IMG/VR virus record: IMGVR_UViG_3300002835_000031 | Direction: 5' to 3' (one strand) | Length of the DNA stretch: 64,000 nt | Source of the DNA: an uncultured virus (IMG/VR IMGVR_UViG_3300002835_000031) | Lineage: Duplodnaviria > Heunggongvirae > Uroviricota > Caudoviricetes | Shown here: piece after piece, positions 25,971 through 36,256 of the stretch | How the letters are laid out: every line of letters starts with the position of its first letter | Numbering within the stretch: the first letter of the stretch is position 1 | Translations under genes and position numbers: made by a program | The notes under the pieces: model-generated | What the model saw: the letters and a program-made list of their open reading frames with translations, nothing else | Told to the model about the DNA's origin: nothing | Databases searched by the model: none

Positions 25971-26411
25971 TTATGCTACCCGAGCAGTCCCGCCTATCAT
26001 AAACCATTTGTTGTCGGTATACAATAATGTTGCGCTATCACCCACATTGCTAAAAATAATGTTTGCGTTGTTGGCAACATTGGTATTTAAAATAAACGAA
26101 CCGTTGGCAGTGGATGTTGTTAACAATACTTTAACTTGACCATTGGCACCGTTGGGAATAGCTATAGTACTTTGAGAAGAACCTACTCCCAAGTATGTTA
26201 TGGGAGTGGTTATGTTAACAGTGCTGGCAGAAGTCATATCCTGAGGAGTTCCGCCAAGTACAATATTACCTTTTATTGTGGGATCAGTAATCCCGGCAAA
26301 TAAAATAGATGTGGTGACTTGTTTGCTTACACCGCTTTGAACCAGATACATTGCATCGGGTTTGTTAACTTGTGTTGCTGCGGTTAATTCTGATAATTTT
26401 GATTTTGCCAT
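25971..26411 (-). CDS. small virion structural protein
   Basis: KLSELTAA N-terminus typical of fibre anchors; beta-rich C-terminus GDSATLLY...WF; late promoter upstream. Confidence 0.7.
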   Translation of the reverse strand: MAKSKLSELTAATQVNKPDAMYLVQSGVSKQVTTSILFAGITDPTIKGNIVLGGTPQDMTSASTVNITTPITYLGVGSSQSTIAIPNGANGQVKVLLTTSTANGSFILNTNVANNANIIFSNVGDSATLLYTDNKWFMIGGTARVA

Positions 26412-26436
26412 TCTGGTACCAATTGCGTCTGTTAGT

Positions 26437-26444
26437 TATTTATA
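26437..26444 (-). promoter_or_regulatory. T4-type late promoter
   Basis: TATAAATA upstream of 26411. Confidence 0.75.
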
Positions 26445-26456
26445 ACGTGTAAAACA

Positions 26457-27248
26457 TTATTTAAGTCCCAATTCTTTACGAATCTTTGTGGCAGAGATTG
26501 AATGTGTGGCATCATCAAACACTTCTTGTTCAATTTTATATCCAACATCTCGACCATATGTAATGTTTACAATATTTGGAACAACCTGAATCTCATATTG
26601 TCCCTGATATAATGTATCAAGATCTCGTCTAATGTAGCTCTTAACCTGTTCGATAGCAAAGGGATTGGAACCATTCCAACCTTGGCAATCTCTGATCTGA
26701 ATAACAACCTGTCCGGTCTTGGCAATTGATCTTTCGAACAATGCTCGGTGTCCAGGGTGCCAAGGTTGCCAACGACCTAGCATCTGTACTGTTTCTTTTT
26801 GCCAGTCAAATACTGGTCTGCGTCTGTTATCATAAATGTGAGCCACAATAAACTCTGCCCACTTCTCTGCATTTTGTTCTGTTATTCTAAAGTCATATAC
26901 ATCTGGCGGCACAAATGCCTTGTTGGTATCTTCAAAGCGGCCTTTTTCAATAGTATCAACCCAGACAGTCCAGTCTGCTTTGAAATTGTTTCGCATCTCG
27001 GCCAAAGGTGCAACGAAATCGCAAATAACATAATCAGTTGTCATGCCATCAGCAAGTTCTCGCATACGCAAACTTTGACGAATACGACCTTCTCGACTGA
27101 AATCCCAATCATTGTATTTTTTACGAACATCATCAGCATTGAGCCAAGAAACTGTTTTCTTTTCTCTTTGCAGGTATTCTAAAATATATTGGGAAAGATA
27201 TGTCTTGCCCGCACCTGGTAAACCCATTACTAAAATTCTCTGTGTCAT
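26457..27248 (-). CDS. cysC: adenylylsulfate (APS) kinase fused to an HxGH nucleotidyltransferase domain
   Basis: N-term GLPGAGKT, LNADDVR, DFSREGR, VICDFVAP, FVPP; C-term GRWQPWHPGH...ISATKIR; AATAAATA at 27280-27287. Confidence 0.85.
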   Translation of the reverse strand: MTQRILVMGLPGAGKTYLSQYILEYLQREKKTVSWLNADDVRKKYNDWDFSREGRIRQSLRMRELADGMTTDYVICDFVAPLAEMRNNFKADWTVWVDTIEKGRFEDTNKAFVPPDVYDFRITEQNAEKWAEFIVAHIYDNRRRPVFDWQKETVQMLGRWQPWHPGHRALFERSIAKTGQVVIQIRDCQGWNGSNPFAIEQVKSYIRRDLDTLYQGQYEIQVVPNIVNITYGRDVGYKIEQEVFDDATHSISATKIRKELGLK

Positions 27249-27308
27249 AATTTAATCACTCCATGTTAAAATTGTTTATTATTTATTGCCTGTTAAAAAC
27301 TAAAATTT

Positions 27309-28460
27309 TTAATTTGTAATAGATAGCATATTTGCTCCGGCTGCAACACTGTACCATGTTGTAGACGAACCAACTTGTACTGGACTGGATCTATGTGTAG
27401 TATTGCCTAAACCAAGTGAGCCGGATCCATTTGCGCCCCATGTCCATAATGTACCATCGGTTTTGATTGCAGCACTAGTAAGATTACCAGCGGAAACCAT
27501 TGACCAATTTGTTAGTGCGCCAACCTGTACTGGGCTAGATTTGCTGATAGTAGTGCCGTCACCTAAATTGCCGTAAGTAGTATTATATCCCCATGACCAT
27601 AACGTTCCATCTGTTTTTATTGCTAAGGTATAACCGTCACCACCATCAATACTTGACCACGTAGTCAATGCGCCAATTTGTACTGGACTGGATCTATATA
27701 TAGTAGTGCCGTCACCTACATTGCCGTAATAATTGTAGCCCCAGCTCCATAAGGTGCCGTCTGTTTTAATGGCCGCGCTGGTGGACGACGCCGCGGCTAT
27801 CTTTGACCAAGTTGTTAGTGCACCAATTTGTTTTGGACTTGAATAATCTGTGGTATTACCCAAGCCTAATCGGCCAGAGCCACCACTACCCCAAGCCCAC
27901 ATGGTACCATCTGTTTTGACGGCTATGGTATGCAGAGAGCCGCCAGCAATTTTTGACCATGTGGTTAAAGCACCAATCTGTACTGGACTTGATCTGAATG
28001 CGGTATCACCTAACCCCAATTGCCCCATGCCAGTGCCATAATTTCCGCCCCATGACCACAAGGTACCATCTGTTTTAATGGCCAGGCTGTGACTATAGCC
28101 TGCAGCAATACTCAACCAAGTAGTTAAAGCACCAACTTGTACTGGGCTAGATACTCTACCAGATGGATATGTGCCAACTGGTTCGCCATTGCCCAATTGC
28201 CCAAATTGATTATATCCCCAGGTCCACAAGGTGCCATCAATTTTTGTTGCCATGCTGTACTGACCGCCTGTGGCAATCTGTGACCATGTGGTTAGTGCGC
28301 CAATCTGCACAGGACTAGATCTATCAATAGTAGATCCGTCACCAACTGCGCCGTAGGCATTATACCCCCATCCCTGTAGGTAATATACTGGCGGAATTGG
28401 AAAGACTGCTTGCGCGCTAACGTCGCCGACGAAATTTAAGCCTGAAAAAGTAAATGCCAT
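27309..28460 (-). CDS. RCC1-type beta-propeller protein
   Basis: Seven KTDGTLW.WG repeats; MAFTFSG...PIPP leader. Confidence 0.92.
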   Translation of the reverse strand: MAFTFSGLNFVGDVSAQAVFPIPPVYYLQGWGYNAYGAVGDGSTIDRSSPVQIGALTTWSQIATGGQYSMATKIDGTLWTWGYNQFGQLGNGEPVGTYPSGRVSSPVQVGALTTWLSIAAGYSHSLAIKTDGTLWSWGGNYGTGMGQLGLGDTAFRSSPVQIGALTTWSKIAGGSLHTIAVKTDGTMWAWGSGGSGRLGLGNTTDYSSPKQIGALTTWSKIAAASSTSAAIKTDGTLWSWGYNYYGNVGDGTTIYRSSPVQIGALTTWSSIDGGDGYTLAIKTDGTLWSWGYNTTYGNLGDGTTISKSSPVQVGALTNWSMVSAGNLTSAAIKTDGTLWTWGANGSGSLGLGNTTHRSSPVQVGSSTTWYSVAAGANMLSITN

Positions 28461-28472
28461 TTTGTTGTTCTT

Positions 28473-29594
28473 TTAATTTGAGATTGCCAGGATCACGTAG
28501 TCTGTGTTCGTAACACTAATCCACGTAGTGCGTGCGCCAATTTGTTTAGGGCTTGAATATGCTGTAGTATTACCTAAACCCAATGTGCTATTGCCACCGG
28601 TACCCCATGACCACAATGTACCATCTGTTTTAATTGCGTGGGCGGTGTAGCCTTTACTACTAACACTTGACCAAGTAGTCAATGCACCAATTTGAACCGG
28701 ACTAGATCTACTTGTAGTATCTCCTACCCCAAGGGCACCTTGATAATTTCTTCCCCACGACCACATTGTGCCATCGGTTTTAATGGCATATCCGCTTTCT
28801 GAACCTGCATTAATCGTTGACCAATTAGTTAGAGCACCAATTTGTTTTGGGCTTGAATATGCTGTAGTATTTCCTAAACCAAGTCTACCATGTGCATTTG
28901 TTCCCCACGACCACATGGTACCATCTGTTTTAATGGCCATGCTGTAGTATAATGCAGAAACATTTAACCAAGCTGTTAGAGCACCAACTTGTACTGGACT
29001 AGATCTGTTATTAGTATCTCCTAAGCCCAACTGACCGTTAGTATTGCTTCCCCACGACCATAAGGTACCATCTGTTTTAACGGCCAGGCAATGATATGTT
29101 CCACCAGAAATATTTAGCCAATTGGTTAATGCACCAATCTGTACTGGACTGGATCTGTTATTAGTATCTCCTAAGCCTAATGATCCTTGACCATTTCCGC
29201 CCCAAGCCCACAATGCGCCGTTTGTGTTAATAGCAACACCACCATTAAATCTAGCGGATATCTTTGCCCATGTAGTTAGAGCACCAATTTGTTTAGGACT
29301 AGAATACCGTGTGGTATTACCTAGGCCTAAATGTCCCGAATCGTTGTAACCCCATGTCCACATGGTACCATCGGTTTTAAGGGCTAGACTGTAAAGATAT
29401 TGCCCAGCAGTACTACTCCAATTAGTCAATGCCCCAACCTGATTCGGACTAGATCTACTTGCGGTATCGCCTAGCCCAAGTTGCCCAAAGTTCTGGTATC
29501 CCCATGACCATAAGTAAAATTCTGGAGGAGCGGGATGAGTAGTTGTGAGGTTAAGACCGGTTATTCCGCTTATGCCAGATAAAGTAAATGCCAT
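28473..29594 (-). CDS. RCC1-type beta-propeller protein
   Basis: Seven repeats; MAFTLSG...PAPP leader. Confidence 0.92.
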   Translation of the reverse strand: MAFTLSGISGITGLNLTTTHPAPPEFYLWSWGYQNFGQLGLGDTASRSSPNQVGALTNWSSTAGQYLYSLALKTDGTMWTWGYNDSGHLGLGNTTRYSSPKQIGALTTWAKISARFNGGVAINTNGALWAWGGNGQGSLGLGDTNNRSSPVQIGALTNWLNISGGTYHCLAVKTDGTLWSWGSNTNGQLGLGDTNNRSSPVQVGALTAWLNVSALYYSMAIKTDGTMWSWGTNAHGRLGLGNTTAYSSPKQIGALTNWSTINAGSESGYAIKTDGTMWSWGRNYQGALGVGDTTSRSSPVQIGALTTWSSVSSKGYTAHAIKTDGTLWSWGTGGNSTLGLGNTTAYSSPKQIGARTTWISVTNTDYVILAISN

Positions 29595-29610
29595 TTTGTT
29601 TTTCTTTTAA

Positions 29611-30759
29611 TTAATAGTAACCGATTGCTGCAGAGTGATAAAAAGTACCGGCAGCGGCATTTGTCCAAGCTGATAATGAACCTACTTGTGTTGGACTAGA
29701 TCTATCTAAAGTATCTCCTAGCCCAAGATTACCTGTACTTTGATATGTATCACCCCAAGACCATAGTGTGCCATCTGTTTTAATTGCCAACGTAAAATAC
29801 GAGCCCGAGTAAACGTTTCCCCAATTAGTTAATGCACCAACCTGTACTGGACTAGATCTATCTGTAGTATTGCCTAACCCTAATCGTCCATCTGCACCGT
29901 AACCCCATGACCACATGGTACCATCTGTTTTAATGGCCATATGATAATAATTACCAGCAGAAACCTTAGACCAATTTGTAAGGGAACCTACCTGTACTGG
30001 GCTAGATCTATGTGTAGTATCACCTTGGCCGAGTTCTCCATAAAAATTACTTCCAGTTGTCCATAATGTACCGTCTGTTTTAATTGCGGCCAGATGATAT
30101 GGACCTGCAGAAACTGTTGACCAAGTTGTTAAAGCACCAATCTGTACTGGACTAGATCTATCTGTAGTATTACCTTGACCTAATTGTCCGTAGGTATTTT
30201 TACCCCATCCCCACATTGTACCATTGGTTTTAATTGCATGAACGGTTCTATAATTGCCAGCTGAAACTTTTAACCAATTTGTAAGGGAACCTACCTGTAC
30301 TGGGCTGTCTCTATTTGATTCATCTCCTAATCCCAATGCACCTTTATAATTATTTCCCCATGCCCACAATGTTCCGTCTGTTTTAACTGCGGCAGTGTGA
30401 TAACCTCCACCGTCAAAACTATCAGCATTGCCGGCCCAATTAGTTAATGCACCAACTTGTTTTGGACTTGAATAAGTTGTAGTATTACCCAGCCCCAATA
30501 TTCCAGATACACCGTATCCCCATGTCCATAATGTACCATCGGTTTTAACCGATATTTTATGATAACCTCCGGCAGCAACTCTTAACCAATTAGACAATGC
30601 GCCAATTTGCACTGGGGTAGATTTATCAATTGTAGTTCCGTCACCTAGTGCACCATATCCACCATCACCCCAACTCCAAAGGTAATACCCCGGAGGAGTG
30701 GGTTGAATTATGTTAATTGTTACCCCTGCGTATCCGCCGCCTGAAAATGTAACTGCCAT
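29611..30759 (-). CDS. RCC1-type beta-propeller protein
   Basis: Seven repeats; MAVTFSG...PTPP leader. Confidence 0.92.
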   Translation of the reverse strand: MAVTFSGGGYAGVTINIIQPTPPGYYLWSWGDGGYGALGDGTTIDKSTPVQIGALSNWLRVAAGGYHKISVKTDGTLWTWGYGVSGILGLGNTTTYSSPKQVGALTNWAGNADSFDGGGYHTAAVKTDGTLWAWGNNYKGALGLGDESNRDSPVQVGSLTNWLKVSAGNYRTVHAIKTNGTMWGWGKNTYGQLGQGNTTDRSSPVQIGALTTWSTVSAGPYHLAAIKTDGTLWTTGSNFYGELGQGDTTHRSSPVQVGSLTNWSKVSAGNYYHMAIKTDGTMWSWGYGADGRLGLGNTTDRSSPVQVGALTNWGNVYSGSYFTLAIKTDGTLWSWGDTYQSTGNLGLGDTLDRSSPTQVGSLSAWTNAAAGTFYHSAAIGYY

Positions 30760-30786
30760 TTTTTGTTCTTTTCTTTTTTTTAATTT

Positions 30787-31914
30787 TTAGTTACTGATGG
30801 CCATGCTGTGAAAATAACCTGCGGCAACACTTGACCAATTAGTTAAAGCCCCAATTTGCACCGGACTAGATCTATCTGTAGTATTTCCTAAACCCAATTG
30901 ACCCGTATTATTAAAACCCCATGACCACATGGTACCGTCTGTTTTGATGGATAGGTTGTGATATTCACCGGCATCAACACTTGACCAAGTGGTTAACGCG
31001 CCAATTTGTGTTGGACTAGATCTATTTGCGGTATCGCCTAAACCCAATCGCCCCGCATAATTTCTACCCCATACCCACATGGTACCATCTGTTTTAATGG
31101 CCAAGTTATGATATTGACCAGCAGCAATATTTAACCAATTAGTTAAAGATCCAACTTGTTTTGGACTAGAATAGTATGTCGTATTACCTACCCCCAATTG
31201 CCCAAAATTATTTTTACCCCATAACCACATGGTTCCATCTGTTTTAATTGCCGATGTGTGCTCATAACCTGCAGCAATATTTAACCAATTAGTTAAAGAT
31301 CCAACTTGTTTTGGACTAGAATAGTATGTCGTATTACCTAGGCCTAATTGCCCTTTACCCCCAATACCCCATACCCACATGGTACCATCTGTTTTAATGG
31401 CCAAGTTATGATATTGACCAGCAACAATATTTGACCATGTGTTTAATGCACCAACCTGTACTGGACTAGATACAGATGTAGTATTACCTAGGCCTAATCG
31501 CCCGGCGGACCCGTTACCCCATACCCACATAGTACCATCTGTTTTGAGCGCCAGATTGTGTTGACCACCTGCACCAATTTTTGCCCAGGTAGTTAATGCA
31601 CCAATTTGTACTGGATTTGAATAATTTGTGGTATTACCTAAACCTAATTGACCAAGGCTACCCGATCCCCAAGACCATAGTGTACCATCTGTTTTAATGG
31701 CCAAGTTATGATATTGACCAGCAGCAATATTTAACCAATTAGTTAAAGCCCCAACTTGTACAGGACTAGATCTATCGGTAGTATTGCCTAATCCTAATTG
31801 ACCTGAATTATTTCTGCCCCATGACCACAGGTATTGCGGAGGAGGTGGCGGCGGAGCTGGGCATACTAGATTAAACCCGCCCCTTGTTGAAAAACCTGAA
31901 AAGGTAAATGCCAT
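30787..31914 (-). CDS. RCC1-type beta-propeller protein
   Basis: Seven repeats; start reassigned to MAFTFSG at 31914 by analogy with paralogs. Confidence 0.92.
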   Translation of the reverse strand: MAFTFSGFSTRGGFNLVCPAPPPPPPQYLWSWGRNNSGQLGLGNTTDRSSPVQVGALTNWLNIAAGQYHNLAIKTDGTLWSWGSGSLGQLGLGNTTNYSNPVQIGALTTWAKIGAGGQHNLALKTDGTMWVWGNGSAGRLGLGNTTSVSSPVQVGALNTWSNIVAGQYHNLAIKTDGTMWVWGIGGKGQLGLGNTTYYSSPKQVGSLTNWLNIAAGYEHTSAIKTDGTMWLWGKNNFGQLGVGNTTYYSSPKQVGSLTNWLNIAAGQYHNLAIKTDGTMWVWGRNYAGRLGLGDTANRSSPTQIGALTTWSSVDAGEYHNLSIKTDGTMWSWGFNNTGQLGLGNTTDRSSPVQIGALTNWSSVAAGYFHSMAISN

Positions 31915-31927
31915 TTTGTTTTTCTTT

Positions 31928-33058
31928 TTATCCGATAGCCAGGCTGAAAGAACCACCTGCAGAAACATTTGCCCAATTTGTTAATGATCCAATCTGCACT
32001 GGACTAGATCTATTTGTGATATCGCCTATACCCAATCGACCAGATTGATTATCGCCCCATGACCACATGGTACCATCTGTTTTAATGGCCAGATTGTGTT
32101 CAACACCCCCTGAAATATTTAACCAAGTAGTTAATGCACCAACTTGTACTGGACTAGATCTATTTGTAGTATCTCCTAACCCCAATGAGCCTACTGCATT
32201 TCTTCCCCAAGACCATAAAGTACCATCTGTTTTTACAGCCAGGCCGTGATAATACCCAGCGGAAACACTTTGCCAAGTAGTTAATGCGCCAATCTGTACA
32301 GGACTAGATCTATTTGTAGTATCGCCCAATCCAAGTTCGCCGTAACCATTAGCGCCCCATGTCCATAAAGTTCCATCTGTTTTAGTTGCGAGGGCACCAA
32401 ATCTAATATTAGTAATATTTGACCAAGTGGTTAAAGCGCCAATTTGTTGTGGGCTAGATGTATTTGTAGTATTACCCAATCCCAATTGCCCGTTAGACCC
32501 TTGTCCCCATGACCACATAGTACCATTGGTTTTAATTGCTGCAGCACCGTTTCCAGCAAGTGAAATTATAATTGCCCAATCAGTTAAGGAACCTACTTGT
32601 ACTGGACTAGAATATGATGTAGTATTGCCCAATCCTAACTTGTAACCATAATTACCACCCCACGCCCATAAGGTACCATTGGTTTTTATAGCAAACATAT
32701 TAGACGCTTTCCCTGTACTAATATTTGCCCAAGTAGTTAAAGCTCCAATCTGTTTTGGAGAAGAATAATATGTAGTATTACCTAAGCCTAATTGACCTGC
32801 ATAATTTCTGCCCCAAGACCACATTGTGCCATCTGTTTTTAGAGCCATTGCCCAACCTTCTGCTGCAGCAATACTTGACCAAGTGGTCAATGCACCAATC
32901 TGTTTTGGAGAAGAATAATCTGTAGTATTACCTAACCCCAATCGACCACTAATACCTTGACCCCATGACCAAAGATAATATATCGGAGGTGGTGGTGGTT
33001 GAGTAGTGGTAAATGATATACCCGAATAATTGCCGATACCTGAAATAGTAAATGCCAT
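31928..33058 (-). CDS. RCC1-type beta-propeller protein
   Basis: Seven repeats; MAFTISG...PPPPP leader. Confidence 0.92.
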   Translation of the reverse strand: MAFTISGIGNYSGISFTTTQPPPPPIYYLWSWGQGISGRLGLGNTTDYSSPKQIGALTTWSSIAAAEGWAMALKTDGTMWSWGRNYAGQLGLGNTTYYSSPKQIGALTTWANISTGKASNMFAIKTNGTLWAWGGNYGYKLGLGNTTSYSSPVQVGSLTDWAIIISLAGNGAAAIKTNGTMWSWGQGSNGQLGLGNTTNTSSPQQIGALTTWSNITNIRFGALATKTDGTLWTWGANGYGELGLGDTTNRSSPVQIGALTTWQSVSAGYYHGLAVKTDGTLWSWGRNAVGSLGLGDTTNRSSPVQVGALTTWLNISGGVEHNLAIKTDGTMWSWGDNQSGRLGIGDITNRSSPVQIGSLTNWANVSAGGSFSLAIG

Positions 33059-33073
33059 TTTGTTCTCTTTTTA

Positions 33074-34207
33074 TTAATAGCTAATAGCCAAAGTGAACGT
33101 ACCAACTGCATCAATCTTTGACCAATTAGTTGATGAACCAATCTGTGTTGGGCTTGATCTATTTGTGGTATCACCTAACCCCAATCGACCGGATCCATTT
33201 CCACCCCAAGCCCACATGGTACCATCTGTTTTAATGGCCACGCTGTGACTTCTACCGGCATCAATACTTGACCAATTGGTTAAAGCACCAACTTGAACTG
33301 GGCTTATATATTGAGTGGTACCACCTAAACCTAACATTCCTATATAATTGCGACCCCATCCCCACAAGGTGCCATTATTTTTCAGGGCCACGCTGTGAGC
33401 ATATTTACCCCCAGCAACACTTAACCAATTGGTTAGACCCCCTACCTGTTTTGGGCTAGAATAATATGTATAATTATTTAATCCTAACTGACCAAAAGCA
33501 TTCATCCCCCATGACCATAACGTACCATCTGTTTTGACGGCCATACTGGCCCTATACCCTCCAGCAATATTTAACCAAGTAGTTAATGAACCAATTTGTA
33601 CTGGACTAGATCTATTTGAGGTATCGCCTAGCCCCAGTGAACCGTGTTGATTAACTCCCCATGCCCACATGGTACCATCTGTTTTAATGGCCATGGTATG
33701 CTGACCACCTGCATTAATCTTTGACCAAGTAGTTAATGCACCAATTTGTACTGGACTAGATATACTTGTAGTATTGCCTAACCCCAATCGACCGCTATTA
33801 TTATAACCCCATGACCACATGGTACCATCTGTTTTAATGGCTATGTTGTAGAAGAAACTTCCTTCAATTGTTGCCCAATTGGTTCCTGCGCCAATCTGTA
33901 CTGGACTAGATCTATCTGTAAGATCCCCCAAACCTAACTGCCCCGTATCATTGTAACCCCATGACCATAAGGTACCATCTGTTTTGAGGGCCATGCCGTG
34001 ATTATACCCGGCAGCAATATTCAACCAAGAGCCTAGCGAACCAATTTGTTTTGGACTTGAATAACTTGTAGTATTACCTAAACCTAGTCGACCGTCGCTT
34101 CCACTACCCCACGACCATAGATAAGATGTTGGTTCGGGAGGTGGAGGTGGAGTATACACCATGTCGAAACTACCTTTTGTGGTTATACCCGAAAAAATTA
34201 ATGGCAT
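33074..34207 (-). CDS. RCC1-type beta-propeller protein
   Basis: Seven repeats; MPLIFSG...PPPPPEP leader. Confidence 0.92.
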   Translation of the reverse strand: MPLIFSGITTKGSFDMVYTPPPPPEPTSYLWSWGSGSDGRLGLGNTTSYSSPKQIGSLGSWLNIAAGYNHGMALKTDGTLWSWGYNDTGQLGLGDLTDRSSPVQIGAGTNWATIEGSFFYNIAIKTDGTMWSWGYNNSGRLGLGNTTSISSPVQIGALTTWSKINAGGQHTMAIKTDGTMWAWGVNQHGSLGLGDTSNRSSPVQIGSLTTWLNIAGGYRASMAVKTDGTLWSWGMNAFGQLGLNNYTYYSSPKQVGGLTNWLSVAGGKYAHSVALKNNGTLWGWGRNYIGMLGLGGTTQYISPVQVGALTNWSSIDAGRSHSVAIKTDGTMWAWGGNGSGRLGLGDTTNRSSPTQIGSSTNWSKIDAVGTFTLAISY

Positions 34208-34225
34208 TTTTTTTTATTCTTTTTA

Positions 34226-35332
34226 TTAATTACTGATGGCATGGCTAAAATAACTACCTGCAGCAACACTTAACCATTTTGTTAATGCGCCAATCTGTAC
34301 TGGACTAGATCTATTGGTAGTAGTGCTGTCGCCTACTTGACCATTTCCGTTACCGCCATGTCCCCATAATGTGCCATCTGTTTTAATAGCCAATACATGT
34401 CGAGGACCTGCAGTAACATTTGACCAAGTTGTTAAAGCGCCAATTTGTACTGGATTAGATCTGTCTGTAGCATCACCTAAACCCAATTGTCCTTCATCAT
34501 TGTTACCCCATGACCACATGGTACCATCTGTTTTGATTGCAACACTGCCAGCAGAATGAACAGCAACCTTTGACCAAGTAGTTAAGGCACCGATCTGTGT
34601 TGGGTTAACTGCGTTAGAGGTATTACCTAATCCCAATCTGTTATTTTGACCGCTACCCCATGTCCACAAGGTACCATTTGTTTTAACTGCCACGGCGTGA
34701 TACCACGAAATTGCAAATGTTGACCAATTGGTATCTGTACCAACTTGTACTGGACTAGAACCGGCTCTACCTTGCGTTGCTTCGCCTCCACCAGAGCCTA
34801 TCGACCACAACGTACCATCAGTTTTGCCGGCAAGGGTAAAGTACCTACCTGCAGAAACATTCAACCAAGTTGTTAGTGCACCTACTTGTTTTGGACTTGA
34901 ATATGGTGAAGTATTACCTACACCTAATTGCCCGTAGCTATTACCACCCCATGCCCACATGGTACCATCCGTTTTAACTGCCATGGTGTGATTTCTACCT
35001 CCAGAAACTCGTGACCAAGTTGTTAGTGCACCTACTTGTTTGGGACTTGAATAGTTTGTAGTATTACCTACACCCAATTGACCAACATTGTTTATACCCC
35101 AAGACCATAGACTACCATCGGCTTTGATAGCCATGCCATGATAACCTCCTGCGGCAACACTTAACCAAGTAGTTAAAGCACCAATTTGTACTGGACTAGA
35201 TCTATTTGTGGTATCGCCTAACCCCAATCGACCAGAGCTATTACCGCCCCATGACCATAAGTAAAATTCTGGTGGTGGTGGAGGAGGCTGAATATTGACT
35301 CCGCCTAATATAGTTATTCCGATTAGATCCAT
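34226..35332 (-). CDS. RCC1-type beta-propeller protein
   Basis: Seven repeats; MDLIG...PPPPPP leader. Confidence 0.92.
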   Translation of the reverse strand: MDLIGITILGGVNIQPPPPPPEFYLWSWGGNSSGRLGLGDTTNRSSPVQIGALTTWLSVAAGGYHGMAIKADGSLWSWGINNVGQLGVGNTTNYSSPKQVGALTTWSRVSGGRNHTMAVKTDGTMWAWGGNSYGQLGVGNTSPYSSPKQVGALTTWLNVSAGRYFTLAGKTDGTLWSIGSGGGEATQGRAGSSPVQVGTDTNWSTFAISWYHAVAVKTNGTLWTWGSGQNNRLGLGNTSNAVNPTQIGALTTWSKVAVHSAGSVAIKTDGTMWSWGNNDEGQLGLGDATDRSNPVQIGALTTWSNVTAGPRHVLAIKTDGTLWGHGGNGNGQVGDSTTTNRSSPVQIGALTKWLSVAAGSYFSHAISN

Positions 35333-35361
35333 TTTGTTTTCTTATTATCTTTTACAATTTA

Positions 35362-36240
35362 TTAAAATGTTATTGAACCAGAACTGGTCCATTTATATAT
35401 TCTATATCCGCCGGATACTATTACGTTGGGAGATCCTGTTGTATTTGATGCGGCCGGATTAATATCTTCGTAACGAAGTATAACTATACCGGAACCACCA
35501 GCTCCGGAACCGCTACCGTTGCCTACTTGATTACCGCCGCCGCCACCGCCGGTATTTACATTGCCGGCAGCATTACCGGCACCGCCGCCGTATCCTATAC
35601 TAGCTGTGATATCGGATCCGCCACCAACGCCACCGGATCCGCCTCCGGCATATCCAACACTTGTACCGGATATAGAGGAGTTTATACCTGCTCCACCAAA
35701 ACCGCCGGCGGTGGTGGTGGCTGCTGCTCCAACTGCGCCAGCGCCACCACCACCGCCACCGCCACCAGTTTCTTGGCCACCACCAGCTCCGCCATTATAG
35801 CCTTGTCTTGGTGGTCCAGCAGTTCCAGAACCGCCGCCACTTGCTAGTCTACCACCTTGACCACCACCCGATCCACCGTTATTTATAGAACCTATGCTGC
35901 CGCCGGCGGCATTACCTGCACCACCGCCGATTGCTGTTGCAGTTCCGCTTATTGATGAATTTGCCCCAACACCGCCATTTAGTCCGTTGTTATTTCCTGT
36001 AGCAGTGCCGCCGGCACCTACTGTAATAGTAAGTGTAGAGCTACTAACTAACAAGGCTGTTCCTGTTAATAATCCGCCGGCGCCACCACCGCCACCACCG
36101 CCCCGCTGGTTATCAGCTGATCCACCACCTGCACCGCCCGCGACTACAAGGTATTCTATAGTAGGAGTCACCGGCGGTGTTGGAATATGCACCGCAGTCA
36201 ATGCTCCGTTTATTCTTACGCCTGAAATTGTTAGTGCCAT
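35362..36240 (-). CDS. glycine-rich virion/adhesin-like protein
   Basis: IEYLVVAGGAGGG...NTGGGGGG...GGSGIVILRY...YRIYKWTSSGSITF. Confidence 0.85.
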   Translation of the reverse strand: MALTISGVRINGALTAVHIPTPPVTPTIEYLVVAGGAGGGSADNQRGGGGGGGAGGLLTGTALLVSSSTLTITVGAGGTATGNNNGLNGGVGANSSISGTATAIGGGAGNAAGGSIGSINNGGSGGGQGGRLASGGGSGTAGPPRQGYNGGAGGGQETGGGGGGGGAGAVGAAATTTAGGFGGAGINSSISGTSVGYAGGGSGGVGGGSDITASIGYGGGAGNAAGNVNTGGGGGGNQVGNGSGSGAGGSGIVILRYEDINPAASNTTGSPNVIVSGGYRIYKWTSSGSITF

Positions 36241-36256
36241 TTTGTTCTTTTAATTT

